DNA of 64,000 nt from Mobula hypostoma (Eukaryota). The stretch spans positions 41,418,001-41,482,000 of the forward strand of contig NC_086108.1 of NCBI RefSeq assembly GCF_963921235.1. The letters are read 5' to 3'. Positions 37,588 through 50,142 of the stretch are shown here, piece by piece. Each line of letters begins with the position of its first letter. The stretch's first letter is position 1. The notes under the pieces are model-generated. The model saw only the letters and a list, made by a program, of their open reading frames with translations. It did not search any database and had not been told where the DNA came from. The position numbers and the translations under genes were made by a program.

Positions 37588-38054
37588 AGGCTGATTTATA
37601 CTTGTGCGTATGGGCTACACCGTAACTTACGTCATAGCCTACACAAGTGACCTACGCCATTGTGAGCATTTATACTTGAGCGTTTGTGTGTCTGCGTCAC
37701 TCTGCAGTTCACCGCCAAAACGCTAGTTGGCGGTGGGGTTTCTATGCCACAATGTTGAGTTTCTTCCTATACTTCAAACAATGGTGATTGAAACTGAACG
37801 TATCATGTCAGAGTTGGAGCTAATAAATGTTGAACAAGAGTTTCTTCTCTCTCAATTCTGAAATGGCGGAGAAGAAGAAGCAACCGGAAATGCGATACTA
37901 CCAAGCGGACCAAACACAGTAGTTGCGGTCTGCGTCGCCGCAACGCGTAGTTACATTTTGGGAGAGGTGCGCGTTAGGCCACGGCGTAGAGTACAGCGTA
38001 GGGTACACAGCTACGCCATAGGCGTACATTTGACATAGAAGTATAAATTGGGCT
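37588..38054. mobile_element. CpG-rich non-autonomous DNA transposon, possibly PIF/Harbinger-like
   Basis: Imperfect TIRs AGGCTGATTTATACTT and AAGTATAAATTGGGCT; sub-terminal CTACGCC/GGCGTAG repeats at both ends; sharp CpG enrichment relative to the flanks. Confidence 0.65.
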
Positions 38055-38218
38055 CAACCCCCACCTCCTGCCTTCTAACCAATGAATAAAACATGGAAGA
38101 GATTCAACTCAGTTGCATTGCGTTCTCCAGAAATTGGCTAAGTCAGTCTAATGCATTGGAAAATTTCATTCCAAGATACACTAGCTAATTTCCTGTAGTT
38201 TCTGAGTTATTCAAATAT

Positions 38219-38476
38219 ATGATGATGATGACGTCAACTCAGACCTGAGAGGCCAGCATCGGGCATTCTCATGCCTTACAAGGCGCAATTCAAAAGGCTG
38301 TGTGGGGCGCCACTCCTCACACAGACATTTCACAGTATTATTTTTATGAGGCCAAGTTGCAAGCTCGACATCAACCCAGCGCGGATGGAGAGTGCACACG
38401 GGGGCGGTCTGTCGCTGGATCGAACTCGGGAACATCCGTTCTCGAGTCTGGCGCTGATCTCACTGCGCCACTAGCC
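38219..38476 (-). mobile_element. tRNA-derived SINE with a probable RTE-derived body and (CAT)n tail
   Basis: A-box TGGCGCAGTGAG, B-box GTTCGATCC (38425-38417), GGGTTGATGTCGAGCTTGCAACTTGGCCTCATAAAA motif, CATCATCATCAT tail; TA-rich flanks. Confidence 0.75.
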
Positions 38477-38578
38477 GACATATATATATATATACACAGT
38501 ATATAAAACATATGAAATCAGGCTCTGCTCAGAAAACTGATCCTTCTCCAAGATTGAATTAATCAGCATGGCAAATTA

Positions 38579-38660
38579 AAGAGTATCATTTAAGGCTTGT
38601 AACAGGTAATTGGCAAACTTTTGCTAATACACCTGTTTGCAAGCCTTAACTGATACTCTT
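38579..38660. repeat. Imperfect ~82-nt inverted repeat / hairpin
   Basis: AAGAGTATCA-T-TTAAGGCTTG..AACAGGT..ATTGGCAAA pairs with TTTGCTAAT..ACCTGTT..CAAGCCTTAA-C-TGATACTCTT. Confidence 0.88.
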
Positions 38661-39556
38661 CAAATACAACCTTTTACTTTCCAATGTTAAATTTACTCAA
38701 TTTACCAAGCAACTAATTATATTACAGCAATAAAACTAGTAGGTTTTTTGGTCTAATTTTTTTAAACCCTTTTTAATTATCTAAATTTGGGCCACTCATG
38801 AATGAAATTAATGTTGTAATTAATCTAATTCTCGCTGTATCTATAAAATTGCATGACATACTTTCTCTTGAAGGCTCCAAGGAACATTTTGCAGGCAAAG
38901 AAAAATTTAAGCTGCCCAATTCTGCTGGTTTGCAGAGGTTTTCATGCTTATAACCATGAAATTTGTTTTCGATAGAAACGAGCTGTAACTTACAAAACTG
39001 GAACTATTAGCTGATGTTGCCCGATTGCAAACTCTCAGCTAAGATCTAAATGTTGCTGTACTCCTCAAAATGTTCAATTAAGTCAGTCAGTTGTGACCAA
39101 CCTTCACTTGACTTTCTCTGTCTCATACTTGTTTAACTTTTCAGTTGTGATGTTCCTGTTTCAGCACATAGTTTAACTTTTCAAGAGCAGCATTTTTTTA
39201 CTGATGTGCAGAATGTTGCCTGAAGAAGCAGACTAATGACTCCAGGGAAGTGTGGCTATGAAGCTGGTAGTGTGATAGTAATACTTTATACATCTTGTGT
39301 GATGGTAGAGAGAAAAGGATCACCATCTCTGGAATTCAAATATTTTATTTAGAGATAAATTAAAAGCGAAATGATGAAAGTTAAGTACAGATGGCTCCTT
39401 AAGTTTGTCCTGTCCTGGTACCTCGACTTCCAAGCCAGAATGATCATTTTCCTGTCGTTTTTTTAAAACAATTTCTTGTTTCAAATTGTTTTACTACAAG
39501 ATGCCGCGTGTACATCAAATTTGAGTTAAAACCAGACAGCATTAAATTGAGGTTTC

Positions 39557-39960
39557 CAGAATCAGAATCCGGTTTATTATCACCAGCATATGCTTGAAAT
39601 TTGTTAACTTTGAGGCAGCAATACAATGTAATATGTACATGATAAATATAGAAAAAAATCTGAATTACAGTAAGCATGTATATTAAATAGTTAAATTACG
39701 AAAAGTAGTGCAAAAGAAGAAACTAAAAAAAAATAATGAGGTAGTGTTCCTGGGTTCAATACCCATTTAGGATGGCAGAGGGGAAGAAGCTGTCCCTGAA
39801 TCACTGAGTGTGTGCCTTCAGGCTTCAGTACCTCATTCCTGATGGTAACAATGAGAAGAGGGCATGTCCTGGGTGGTGGGGGTCCTTGATGATGGAAGTC
39901 GCCTTTCTGAGGCGGTACTCCTTGAGGATGTCTTGGATACTACGGAGTCTAGTGCCCATG
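39557..39960 (-). mobile_element. Rex1/Babar-like 3' end
   Basis: (CAGAAT)n tail; homologous to 23520-23822 and extending into the ORF C-terminus. Confidence 0.8.
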
Positions 39961-40631
39961 AATTCAAATGGGACACTTTCACTTTCCTTTGATTTCCCAG
40001 TTTGCTGAATTACCTTTTTGTAATTAATGCCCCCTGTTCCTGCTAGTCCTGTGATTAAATAACTGGAAGGCAGTGATGCAGAAGTGGAAAGTTTTTTTAT
40101 GCTGACATTCTACTTCTTGAAGATAATGCATTAGATTTAAATTCTCATCCAATATGTGGCTTTAAAGCAACATATGTGTACATTCATGAGTGACTAAGAA
40201 CACAAAGAATATCAATGAAATTTTGACAGAAATAAGACAACATTTTAGACCTAGTTTAGAAGCTACTTTCAGTAGATTTTAACTCAAAATTTAAATTTAA
40301 CTGAAGGCAACATTTTTGAAATAGTAAATTGAGTAGAAAACATTCATCTAACCAGGGGAAGATTTTGTTTGTGAATTTTTAAAGCATAACGATTCTGTCA
40401 CAGTATTATTTCCTTACTGTTGAAAGAAACAATCTTAAGTACGGTCCGATTGAATGGAATGGTAGGAGATCAGGACTTGTTAGTTAGAATGTATAGCAGG
40501 GAAGATTCTATGAAACAATATACTCTATCTGGGGAAATTTTCCAGTGGGCAGATAATCTGATAAAGGTAGTGCAAATTTGTGTATTTTTCCCATGCTTTA
40601 CATTAAAATGTAGATTGTAAATGTTATTGTT

Positions 40632-40735
40632 TAGCAACACACAATCTGCTGGAAGAGCAGAGCAGGTCAAGCAGCATTTGTAGGAGAAAAGAAACTGCCA
40701 ACTTTAGGGGCCAAAACTTTGCATCAGGACTGAGA
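40632..40735 (-). mobile_element. Decayed Penelope-like pLTR remnant
   Basis: AGCAACACACAATCTGCTGGAAGAG..AGCAGGTCAAGCAGCAT..CATCAGGACT is the reverse complement of the pLTR family. Confidence 0.6.
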
Positions 40736-41929
40736 GTGGAGAGGTTGAGATGACCAGTTTAGAGAGCAGAAACATTTTCATTGTTTAGTTGAGTTTACTA
40801 TGGCATGATACCTAGTGGGGTTAGTTTTTATGCTGTGCAAGATCCAAGCCCAAGTTCTGCAGAATGGAACTTTTAATAACTGTGCCCTTAAATCCCCAAA
40901 GGTAGCAGGCTTTATAAGGTCAATCACAAAAAGATGACCACATTGAAGACTAGAAATTTTATGCTGACTTGCAATTGCACAACTAGCAAATATTGATTAC
41001 TGAAAAATATTTGGAGGCTTGCATCACTAAAGTTGCTTACAAGGGGTATTCCATCAGGTCAGCTGAAAACAGTTAAAGCCATTTTGTTTTGATGATGAAT
41101 AGCCCTCCCTTGACAGATTGTTCTTTTCTACCTAAAGCTGCAATTTGTACCTTCCTTTAGGCCACAACCTATATGATTTTCTTTTAGGATGACAGATTTA
41201 TTGCTATCTTTTGGAGGAAAAAATAACGAATGAAAATCTTGGTTAGAATACAGAATTAAAATATTAAAGCACAAATCCAGCAGTATTCAATTTTCAGTTG
41301 TGCTTTTTACACCTACAATGCATTATATTTTGTGCCAAATAATATAAATTGTGTGTATTTATTTCTCTAATATTTGGATCCAATCACTTCTGACACTTTA
41401 AACTCCTAATCAACTCCTTATTTTCATATCTCATGATTTTCTGAAACTTCTCTTTTGAAATTGAACCAGCCTGAGCTATGTGGTGAGCTGCCGCATTATT
41501 CAGGCCAGTATACACCTTACTAGTGACACTAAACCACTTATGGAGCTAGGAACCTGAAATAATAACTATGACCCCTCTGGCTCAAGACTTTTGCAGCATA
41601 GTGATGGCTTTTATTTGATCCTATAACCCACAACAGTCAGATACCCATTCCTTTTAAAAGAAATGACTAACTTTAAAAAAACTACAGAGCTGGATGTTCT
41701 CAAGTTTAATGCAATTTCAGTACATTTTCAGTGCTTTACACTAACCCCACACATGCCATCCATTTAAGCTACGGAGAAATAACACTGTTCCTTCATCTTT
41801 CTTGCAAATGCCATACAGCAGGTATATCTAATAATTTTTGCAGAGAAGGTTATGCATTTGATAGTAGACCAAAAGATAGCTGTCACTTGTTGTGTTCAAT
41901 TAATCAGGCAAATGAAGACCTCCACAACT

Positions 41930-42454
41930 AAGTGAGAAAGTAAACTCTGAAGAAGTCACAATGGAATATTCGTCAGTTAAATAATTAGGCAGACATTGGC
42001 AGATGGAGAATAGTATAAGAAAGAGAAGAATTATCCTTTTTGGTTGGAAAGATAGAAAAGAAGAATAATAATGAAAGAATTTAGAATAAGTTTGTTGCTC
42101 TTAATTTATAAATCATGAAGAGTTAATAGGTTTCAATCGGTAGATTTAATGTCAGAGAAATGTATACAATATACATACAGAAATTCTTTTTCTTTGCAAA
42201 CATCACCGAAAACAGAGGAGCGCCCCAAAGAATGAATGACAGTTAAACATTAGAACCCCGAAGCACACACCAACACCCCCCAGCTCCCCCCTCCCACGCA
42301 CAAGCAGCAGCAAGGGAACAACCCCCAACCTCACCAGCAAAAAAGCATCAGCACCCCCCACCGAGCACTCAAGCGTGCAGCAAAGCATCAATAAAGTCAC
42401 AGACTTGCAGTACCCCAAAGACTACTCGTTCACCCGGTAATTCGACATACCACA

Positions 42455-42489
<35 letters not shown>

Positions 42490-43050
42490 CCGAATTAGGG
42501 AAAAAGAAGTGTCCCCGTTTCACAGTGAGGGGGGAGACGTAACAAACAACTCGTTAATTTATGACATTAAAAGTCTGTTGAGTCACTTTTTTCGAGCTCT
42601 GCGTTTTCATTATTTTGCAAAATATGCATTTTGCAAACAATGAACAAGGCAAAGTATGTGTTGGTCTTTACTGCAAGACAGTTGGGATACAAAACAAAGA
42701 AAAAATTATGTGGAGAGTTTTGTTCTCAGGACACGTTATGGTTGATTCTTGAGATAAGACCACTGTTCTATCAGTTGAAGTTCGCTAACATTTTGAAGAA
42801 TAAGAGATTTGGGAGGTTGTTTCATCTAACATGAGGCTACAGCTAGGTAGTATTGTTTCACTTAAATGATTGACTAATTAGGACTGAAACTAGGATTTCT
42901 TCACAAAGAAAGTTATGAACCTTTGGATTTCTCTATTCTAGAGAACTGAGAGTTGTTGAACAAGTTTAAGACATTGGATCTAAAGAGATGAATAAAATGG
43001 GGGTAGATTGAGAAAGTGTTGATACAAAAGGTTCAGCCATTGTTTCATTA
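41930..43050 (+). mobile_element. Very old CR1 RT/3' fragment interrupted by 42128-42600
   Basis: TGGCAGATGGAGAAT..ATCCTTTTTGGTTGGAAA (WQME..ILFG-like) and TTCTTCACAAAGAAAGTTATGAACCTTTGG (FFTKKVMNLW). Confidence 0.55.
42128..42600 (-). mobile_element. Non-coding retroposon with a Rex1-type tail and an internal (CT)n tract at 42456-42487
   Basis: Minus-strand end GTTTGCAAAGAAAAAGAATTTC..GTATATTGTATACATTTCTCTGACATTAAA..TTGAAACC; CpG-containing body. Confidence 0.6.
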
Positions 43051-45577
43051 ACACAAAGGTCAGTCTTTAAAAGTTCCCTGACCTATGCCTACAGAATCTT
43101 CTGGTATTTTGTTCCAAGGCAATGATTCAAAGTCCTGATTTAGCTTTTTCTTGCATTATCGCTGCATTTTGCCGTAAGTCTTCCTTTCACCATGAATCCC
43201 CATATGAATTGCCAGAGGAGACTGAGCACTAATCTATCGATGGAGGTGCAGCTGGCACACTTGACCTTCTGAAAAGATGTCATCACATCACTTCAATTTT
43301 GCATTCTCAATTCTTCTCGTCACTACACAGTTAGCTCATCTTTCAGCTATCTTATACCCTGAATGGCTGAAAGTTAAGACATTTTGTACCATACTTTCTA
43401 GCACTCCCATTTATTAATCTTTCTGGCTTTAACCTAACAATTGGGTTGCTAATACTAATAGCTGTTAAGATTAGAGCTGTTGATACATTTAATGAAAGGC
43501 ACTTAGCACAAACTACACTATGCAGCTTTTTTGGAATTATTGCATATTGCATATCCAACTGCAGGTGGGGTGCAGAATTAGTCTAACATCTCGCCAGTAG
43601 TCTGCAGTTGAGTTCCATTGATTCTGGAACATCAAAGCAGTTTCTGAAAATGGAAGTTTGAAATATTGGAATACCAATGAGTGAGATCATTGGAAGCCAT
43701 TCATAATTGAGGAACCTGGAAAATGACATGCTGTTAAAATTCTAGATAAGGGCGATTTGGAAAAAAAATAAGTTTTGTAAAATGATTTAATATAAATACT
43801 ACCATGACAAAGAAAATATGTCCAATTATTCTGAAATCATAAGTATCTCAAAAAGCCATGAATTGCATCTAATTCGAGAGGAATGTCATTTAAAAAGATA
43901 ATCAGATACTTCTTTAAGATCTTCGTGCAAATCAGTATAAATGATGATAATATATTTTTAAAAACCTGCTACTTTTGGAAAGTCCATTATGACCATCATG
44001 AAGATTAGTAACGCAACAAGATGAGAAATACTAATTTTTGAAGAACATGTAGAGTTTAACTTCTGATGTGCTGTCAGCCTATTCATGCTTGCTAAATTCT
44101 TTTTTTTTTGTTTGCTTCAGAAGAAAAATAAATTTCCCAAGCAACTGCAAAGTATTTGCAAATAGAAGTACTTCTCAAATAATCTTGGTGGAGAAATCAT
44201 CCAACACAATGGTAATAGTAGCTGAGTATCTTCAAGAAGCCTTTGGTTTAACTCTGGTCTTGTGCCACTGGCAATGGACATTTTTTCCTCGAAGCAATTG
44301 ACTCCAACACATTACTGTTTATCAAATAAAGGCTGCACAAGAGATGGTCAGTGCTGGCAGTGTTGTGATTTCCCAAATGAAGGTCTGTAATGGATAATGG
44401 GTGAAAAGTGGAAGTAGAAATTACAGTGAAATGACTATGTGTGTGTGCAGATAACTAAGTTCTGAAGATTCTTTTAGTCTTAATAATATCATGGTATTTA
44501 TGCTAATTGCTGTTTATTTTGTGAGCTAATACATGGCTTGCAAAATGTTAAGTACAATTTCTTTCAGCAATTGTCATAGTAACTGCCAATTATGAAAACG
44601 GCAAAAGTATTGTGTTTAAATTCTTAAAGCATGATTGGTAGCCTTTTGGCTCATGGTGACTGTGACATACTTTTAAAAAATTAATGTAATTACATAAATG
44701 TATTTATGTGACCTTTGAACCTGCACCTTTCCTTGTTCAACTTATCAAAATAAATCTATTGTTTTCCCTCTCATATATGCCTACCTGACTTACCCTTAAT
44801 AGTATCGCAATTTATCATTGCAGCCATGCTAGGAGTATCACATTGATGACACAACTAGTTCTGAGCAAAGATTCCTCTGAATTTCCAAGTAGATATCCTG
44901 GTGACAAAATTACAGTGATGGTACCTAGTTTCACTCCACCCTCCAAGGGGAATGATTCATTCTGTGAAAACCTTAACAAATCTATTCAATCACTCATAGG
45001 GTCATTAAAAAAAGTACAGCACGGAAACAGGCCCTGTAGACATCTGATTCCACACCAAACTTCAAGCACTCTATTTTATACTAACTCAGTATATTCATCC
45101 CACATTCCATCAACTCCACCCCCTGCCCTGCCACTTGTCTACAAAAATTGGCCAACTTCCAATGACCAATCAGCCAATCAGTCTTCTAACCTGTATAGAG
45201 AGCCGAGACCAAAACATTTCACCCATTCATGGGATCCATGACACCTCAATATTTGTATCATCCTTGTAACACATACTCTTGTGCATCCATTCCTATTTTA
45301 TTGCCTTTACATTTGTTGACAGAAGCATACTTTTCACAATTAAACAATTCAGATTCATGATAATCAGAATCAGGTTTACTATCACTGGCATGCATTGAAT
45401 GTTGCAAACATAATTATTGAATGTTTGTCTTTCCTTCTTGTAGTTGTCGAACTTCCATTGAAGTGAATAGGCTCATAGATCCTACATCAAGCTTAAATGG
45501 AATCTGTCAACAAGATTGCGATTTCTGCATGTGGATAAATGTGTGCCAGATTTATTTGCATTTATGGGGTTGATCAC

Positions 45578-45800
45578 CAGAAAGTCTGTACATCCTCCCC
45601 GTGGAATGGATGGATTTTCTCCAGGTCCTCCTGTTTTACTCCCACAATCCAAAGACATAACTGGTGGGTAACAGATCATTGTTAATTGTCCAACAATTAT
45701 GTTGTCGTTAATCAGCTTTGTCGGGTGTTTCTGGAGTGACATGCTCGAAGGGCTGGAAGACCCTACTCCACACTGCATCACCAAATAAGTAAATAAACTA
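45578..45800 (+). mobile_element. 5'-truncated V-domain SINE
   Basis: TGGATTTTCTCCAGGTCCTCCTGTTTTACTCCCACAATCCAAAGAC; tail similar to 19080-19150. Confidence 0.65.
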
Positions 45801-45836
45801 AATAATTCATTGTGGAGTATGTAGAGATACAACATT

Positions 45837-46357
45837 CACTCAATGACATCTTTAATAGGTACACCTGTATATCTGCTTATTAATGCAAATTTCTAATCAG
45901 CCAATCATGTGGCAGCAACACAATGCATAATAGCATGCAGACATGGACAAGAGGTTCAGTTGTTGTTCAGACCAAACTTCAGAATGGGGAAGCAATGTTA
46001 TCTAAGTGACTTTGAACATGGAATGATTGCTGGTGCCAGATGGGGTGGTTTGTGTATATTAGAAACTGCCGATCCCCTGGAGTTTTCACACACAATAGTC
46101 TCTAGAGTTTACAGAGTGCAAAAAAAATCAACATCCAGTAAGCACCAGTTCTGTGGCCAAAGATGCCTAGTTAATGAGAAAGGTCAGACTGGTTCAAGCT
46201 GACAGGAAGGCAACAGTAACTTAAATAACCAATCTTTACAACAATGGTGTGCAGAACAGCATCTCTGAATGCACAACTGTTGAAATTTAAAGTGGATGGG
46301 CTACAGGAACAGAAGACCAGGAGTTTACAATCAGTGGTCACTTTATTAGGTACAGGA
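45837..46357 (+). mobile_element. Second copy of the deleted Tc1-like element (right TIR missing)
   Basis: Collinear with 36411-36940; MGKQCYLSDFEHGMIAGARWGGLCILETA. Confidence 0.85.
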
Positions 46358-46379
46358 GTACAGGAGAGATCTGTCCAGT

Positions 46380-46678
46380 ATGGAAAGACAAAAATGGCAA
46401 GGGAAGGGAGAGATGGGTAATTTAGTCAGGAAGGAAAATAAAGTATATTTAAGTATATTTATGGCTTATGAAGCTAAAATCTACCAGAGATTCTCAGGTT
46501 TATAAAGAAGCCAGAAAAGAACTTCAGAAAGGAATTAGAGCCAAGAGGGGCCATGAAAAATCCTTGGCAAGTAGGATTAAAGAGAGTCTCAAGGTATTCT
46601 GTACATACATCAAGAACAAGAGCATAACTAGAGACCAGGTAGAACCACTCAGTTATGATGGAAATACAACCTATTGAG
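46380..46678 (+). mobile_element. CR1 ORF2 linker fragment
   Basis: YKEARKELQKGIRAKRGHEKSLASRIKESLKVFCTYIKNK. Confidence 0.75.
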
Positions 46679-46679
46679 G

Positions 46680-47280
46680 ATGGAGCTCTACTGTATCTGG
46701 TGCTCCCATCTACATCAGTGAAACCTGATATAACGAGGAGACCACTTTATCAAGCGCCTTTGGTCTCTCCGCAACAGGCAGGATTAATTGGTGGTCAGCA
46801 TTTTAATTCTACTCTCCATTCCCATTTCAACGTTTTGGTCCACGGTTGCATCTACTGCCACAATAAGGTCACACTCAGGTTAGAGGAGCAACAGCTCATG
46901 TTCCATCAGAGTGGCCTCCAACCTGATAGAATGAACATTGATTTCTCTAACTTCCGGTAACTTCTCTCCCCTCCCCCCTCCCCCCGCCACCTACTCTCTT
47001 TTTCCATTTCTTATTCTGGCTCCCCTCTCACCCCTTCTCTTCTCCTCCTTCTGGTGCCCTTCCTCCCACTCGTTCTCCCACGGTCTACTCTCATCTCCTA
47101 TCAGATCCCTTCTTCATCCCTTTACCTTTACCACCTATCACCTCCCAGCTTCACACTTTATCCCGCCCTCCCCTACCAACCCACCCTCCCCTTCACCTGT
47201 CTTCATTTATCATCTGCACAGCCTGTACTCCTTCTCCTCTACCCACCTTTTTATTCTGGCTTCATCCCCCTTTCTTTCCA
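46680..47280 (+). mobile_element. Penelope-like element fragment (GIY-YIG region and pyrimidine-rich 3' UTR), truncated just before the hammerhead motif
   Basis: HFNSTLHSH..LRLEEQQLMFHQSGLQPDRMNIDFSNFR; collinear with 61660-62214. Confidence 0.8.
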
Positions 47281-47558
47281 AATAATGTCTGCTCATGGCT
47301 TCACTCTATGCGTATTCCTTATCCCATTGCTTTGTGTGTACAGCACATCCCTTTTGGCTTGGGACACGTCTGCTACCCACTGCTAGACACTGCGGCTCAG
47401 CTGCCTGGACAGAGAGGACAGGGTAACAGCTTAGGGTAGAGGACATGATATAATAGTGCAATGTAGAAAATAAGCAATGCCAAAATACCTTTCCAAGGTC
47501 TCATCATCCTGGGCAACACTACTATTCCTTCATCATCACTTTCAAGTTCTCACTTCTC

Positions 47559-49716
47559 AGAACAATAGAAACATAGAAACATAGAAAATAGGTGCAGGAG
47601 TTGGCCATTTGGCCCTTCGAGCCTGCACCACCATTCAGTATGGTCATGGCTGATCATCCAACTCAGAACCCTGCACCAGCCTTCCCTCCATACCCCCTCA
47701 TCCCTTTAGCCACAAGGGCCATATCTAACTCCCTCTTAAATAGAGCCAATGAACCGGCCTCAACTGTTTCCTGTGGCAGAGAATTCCACAGATTCACCAC
47801 TCTCTGTGTGAAGAAGTTTTTCCTAATCTCGGTCCTAAAAGGCTTCCGCTTTATCCTCAAACTGTGACCCCTCGTTCTGGACTTCCCCAACATCGGGAAC
47901 AATCTTCCTGCATCTAGCCTGTCCAATCCCTTTAGGATTTTATACGTTTCAATCAGATCCCCCCTCAATCTTCTAAATTCCAACGAGTTTAAGCCTAGTT
48001 TATCCAGAACTAGTCCAGAATCTAAAGAGTTTTGAAAAATTATCACTAACGCATCTACTGTTTCTTGGGCTACTTCCTTAAGCTCTCTGGGATGCAGACC
48101 ATCTGGCCCTGGGGATTTATCTGCCTTTAATCCCTTCAATTTATCTAACACCGCTTCCCTACTAACATGTATTTCACTCAGTTCCTCCATCTTACTGGAC
48201 CCTCTGTCCCCCTACTATTTCCGGAAGATTATTTATGTCCTCCTTAGTGAAGACAGAACTAAAGTAATTATTCAATTGGTCTGCCATGTCCTTGCTCCCC
48301 ATAATCAATTCACCTGTTTCTGTCTGTAGGGGACCTACATTTGTCTTAACCAATCTTTTTCTTTTCACATATCTATAAAAGCTTTTACAGTCAGTTTTTA
48401 TGTTCCCTGCCAGTTTTCTCTCATAATCTTTTTTCCCCTTCCTAATTAAGCCCTTTGTCCTCCTCTGCTGAACTCTGAATTTCTCCCAGTCCTCAGGTGA
48501 GCCACTTTCTCTGGCTAATTTGTATGCCTCTTCTTTGGAATTGATACTATCCCTAATTTCCCTTGTCAGCCACGGGTGCACTACCTTCCTTGATTTATTC
48601 TTTTGCCAAACTGGGATGAACAATTGTTGTAGTTCATCCATGCGATCTTTAAATGCTTGCCATTGCATATCCACCGTCAACCCTTTAAGTGTCATTTGCC
48701 AGTCTATCTTAGCTAATTCACATCTCATACCTTCAAAGTTACCCTTCTTTAAGTTCGGAACCTTTGTTTCTGAATTAACTATGTCACTCTCCATCTTAAT
48801 GAAGAATTCCACCATATTATGGTCACTCTTACCCAAGGGGCCTCTCACGACAAGATTGCTAATTTAACTCTTCCTCATTGCTCAATACCCAATCTAGAAT
48901 AGCCTGCTCTCTAGTTGGTTCCTCGACATGTTGGTTCAAAAAACCATCCCGCATACATTCCAAGAAATCCTCTTCCTCAGCACCCTTACCAATTTGGTTC
49001 ACCCAATCTACATATAGATTGAAGTCACCCATTATAACTGCTGTTCCTTTATTGCACACATTTCTAATTTCCTGTTTAATACTATCCCCAACCTCACTAC
49101 TACTGTTAGGTGGCGTGTACACAACTCCCACCAGCGGTTTCTGCCCCTTAGTGTTATGCAGCTCTACCCATATCGATTCCACATCTTCCCAGCTTATGTC
49201 CTTCCTTTCTATTGCGTTAATCTCCTCTCTAACCAGCAACGCCATCCCACCTCCTTTTCTTTCATGTCTATCCCTCCTGAATATTGAATATCCCTGAATG
49301 TTGAGCTCCCATCCTTGGTCACCCTGGAGCCATATCTCTGTGACCCCAACTATATCATATTCATTAATAACAATCTGCACTTTTAATTCATCCACCTTGT
49401 TACGAATGCTCCTTGCATTGACACACAAAGCCTTCAGGCGCGCTTTTACGACTCTCTTAGCCCTTACACAATTATGTTGAAAAGTGGCCCTTTTTGCTGC
49501 TTGCACTTGATTTGTCGGCCTGCCACTTTTACTTTTCACCTTACTACTTTTTGCTTCTACCCTCATTTTACACCCCTCTGTCTCTCTGCACTGGTTCCCA
49601 TCCCCCTGTTGTGAACTAACCTCCTCTCGCCTAGCCTCTTTAATTTGATTCCCACCCCCCAACCATTCTAGTTTAAAGTCACCTCAGTAGACCTCGCTAA
49701 CCTCCCTGCCAGGATA
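47559..49716 (-). mobile_element. Young CR1 LINE, 5'-truncated, with endonuclease and C-terminus but the RT core deleted
   Basis: ORFs 48859-49662 (LCVNARSIRNK, VGVTEIWL, IMGDFN), 48192-48848 (SDHNMV) and 47663-48190 (KSPGPDG..SLDSGLV fused to LDKLGLNSLEFRRLRGDLIE); (CTATGTTT)n tail. Confidence 0.93.
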
Positions 49717-49846
49717 GGGATACCTTCCCCTCACAGACTGTGGAAGTTCATAAGTACAACTGCCTTCCCTTGTGCTTTTATTCACAGGAAGATTTTTATA
49801 AGTTTAAAGCATATTATGCATTGTTCTAACTAATGTAAATGTTATG

Positions 49847-50142
49847 ACCATAAGACCATAAAATATAGAAGCAGAATTTGACCATTTTGGCCCATCAAGT
49901 CTTCGCTGCCATTTCATCATGGCTGATCCAATCTTCTGCCTTCTCCCCATATCCCTACATGCCCTGACCTACCATCAACCTCTGCCTTAAATAGACAGAA
50001 ACACTCGGCCTCCACAGCTGCCCGCGGCAAAGAATTCCACAGATTCACCACTCTATGGCGAAAGAAATTCCTCCTCATCTCCATTCTAAAAGGACACCCT
50101 TCTATTCTGAGGCTGCATCCTCTGGCCTTAGACTCTCCCATG
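49847..50142 (-). mobile_element. CR1 3' end, different subfamily
   Basis: EMRRNFFRHRVVNLWNSLPRAAVEAE; GACCATAA tail repeats. Confidence 0.85.

Noticed and set aside
48520..49480. Plus-strand ORFs of 115, 139 and 60 aa
   Set aside because: Antisense shadows of the CR1 ORF2 on the minus strand.
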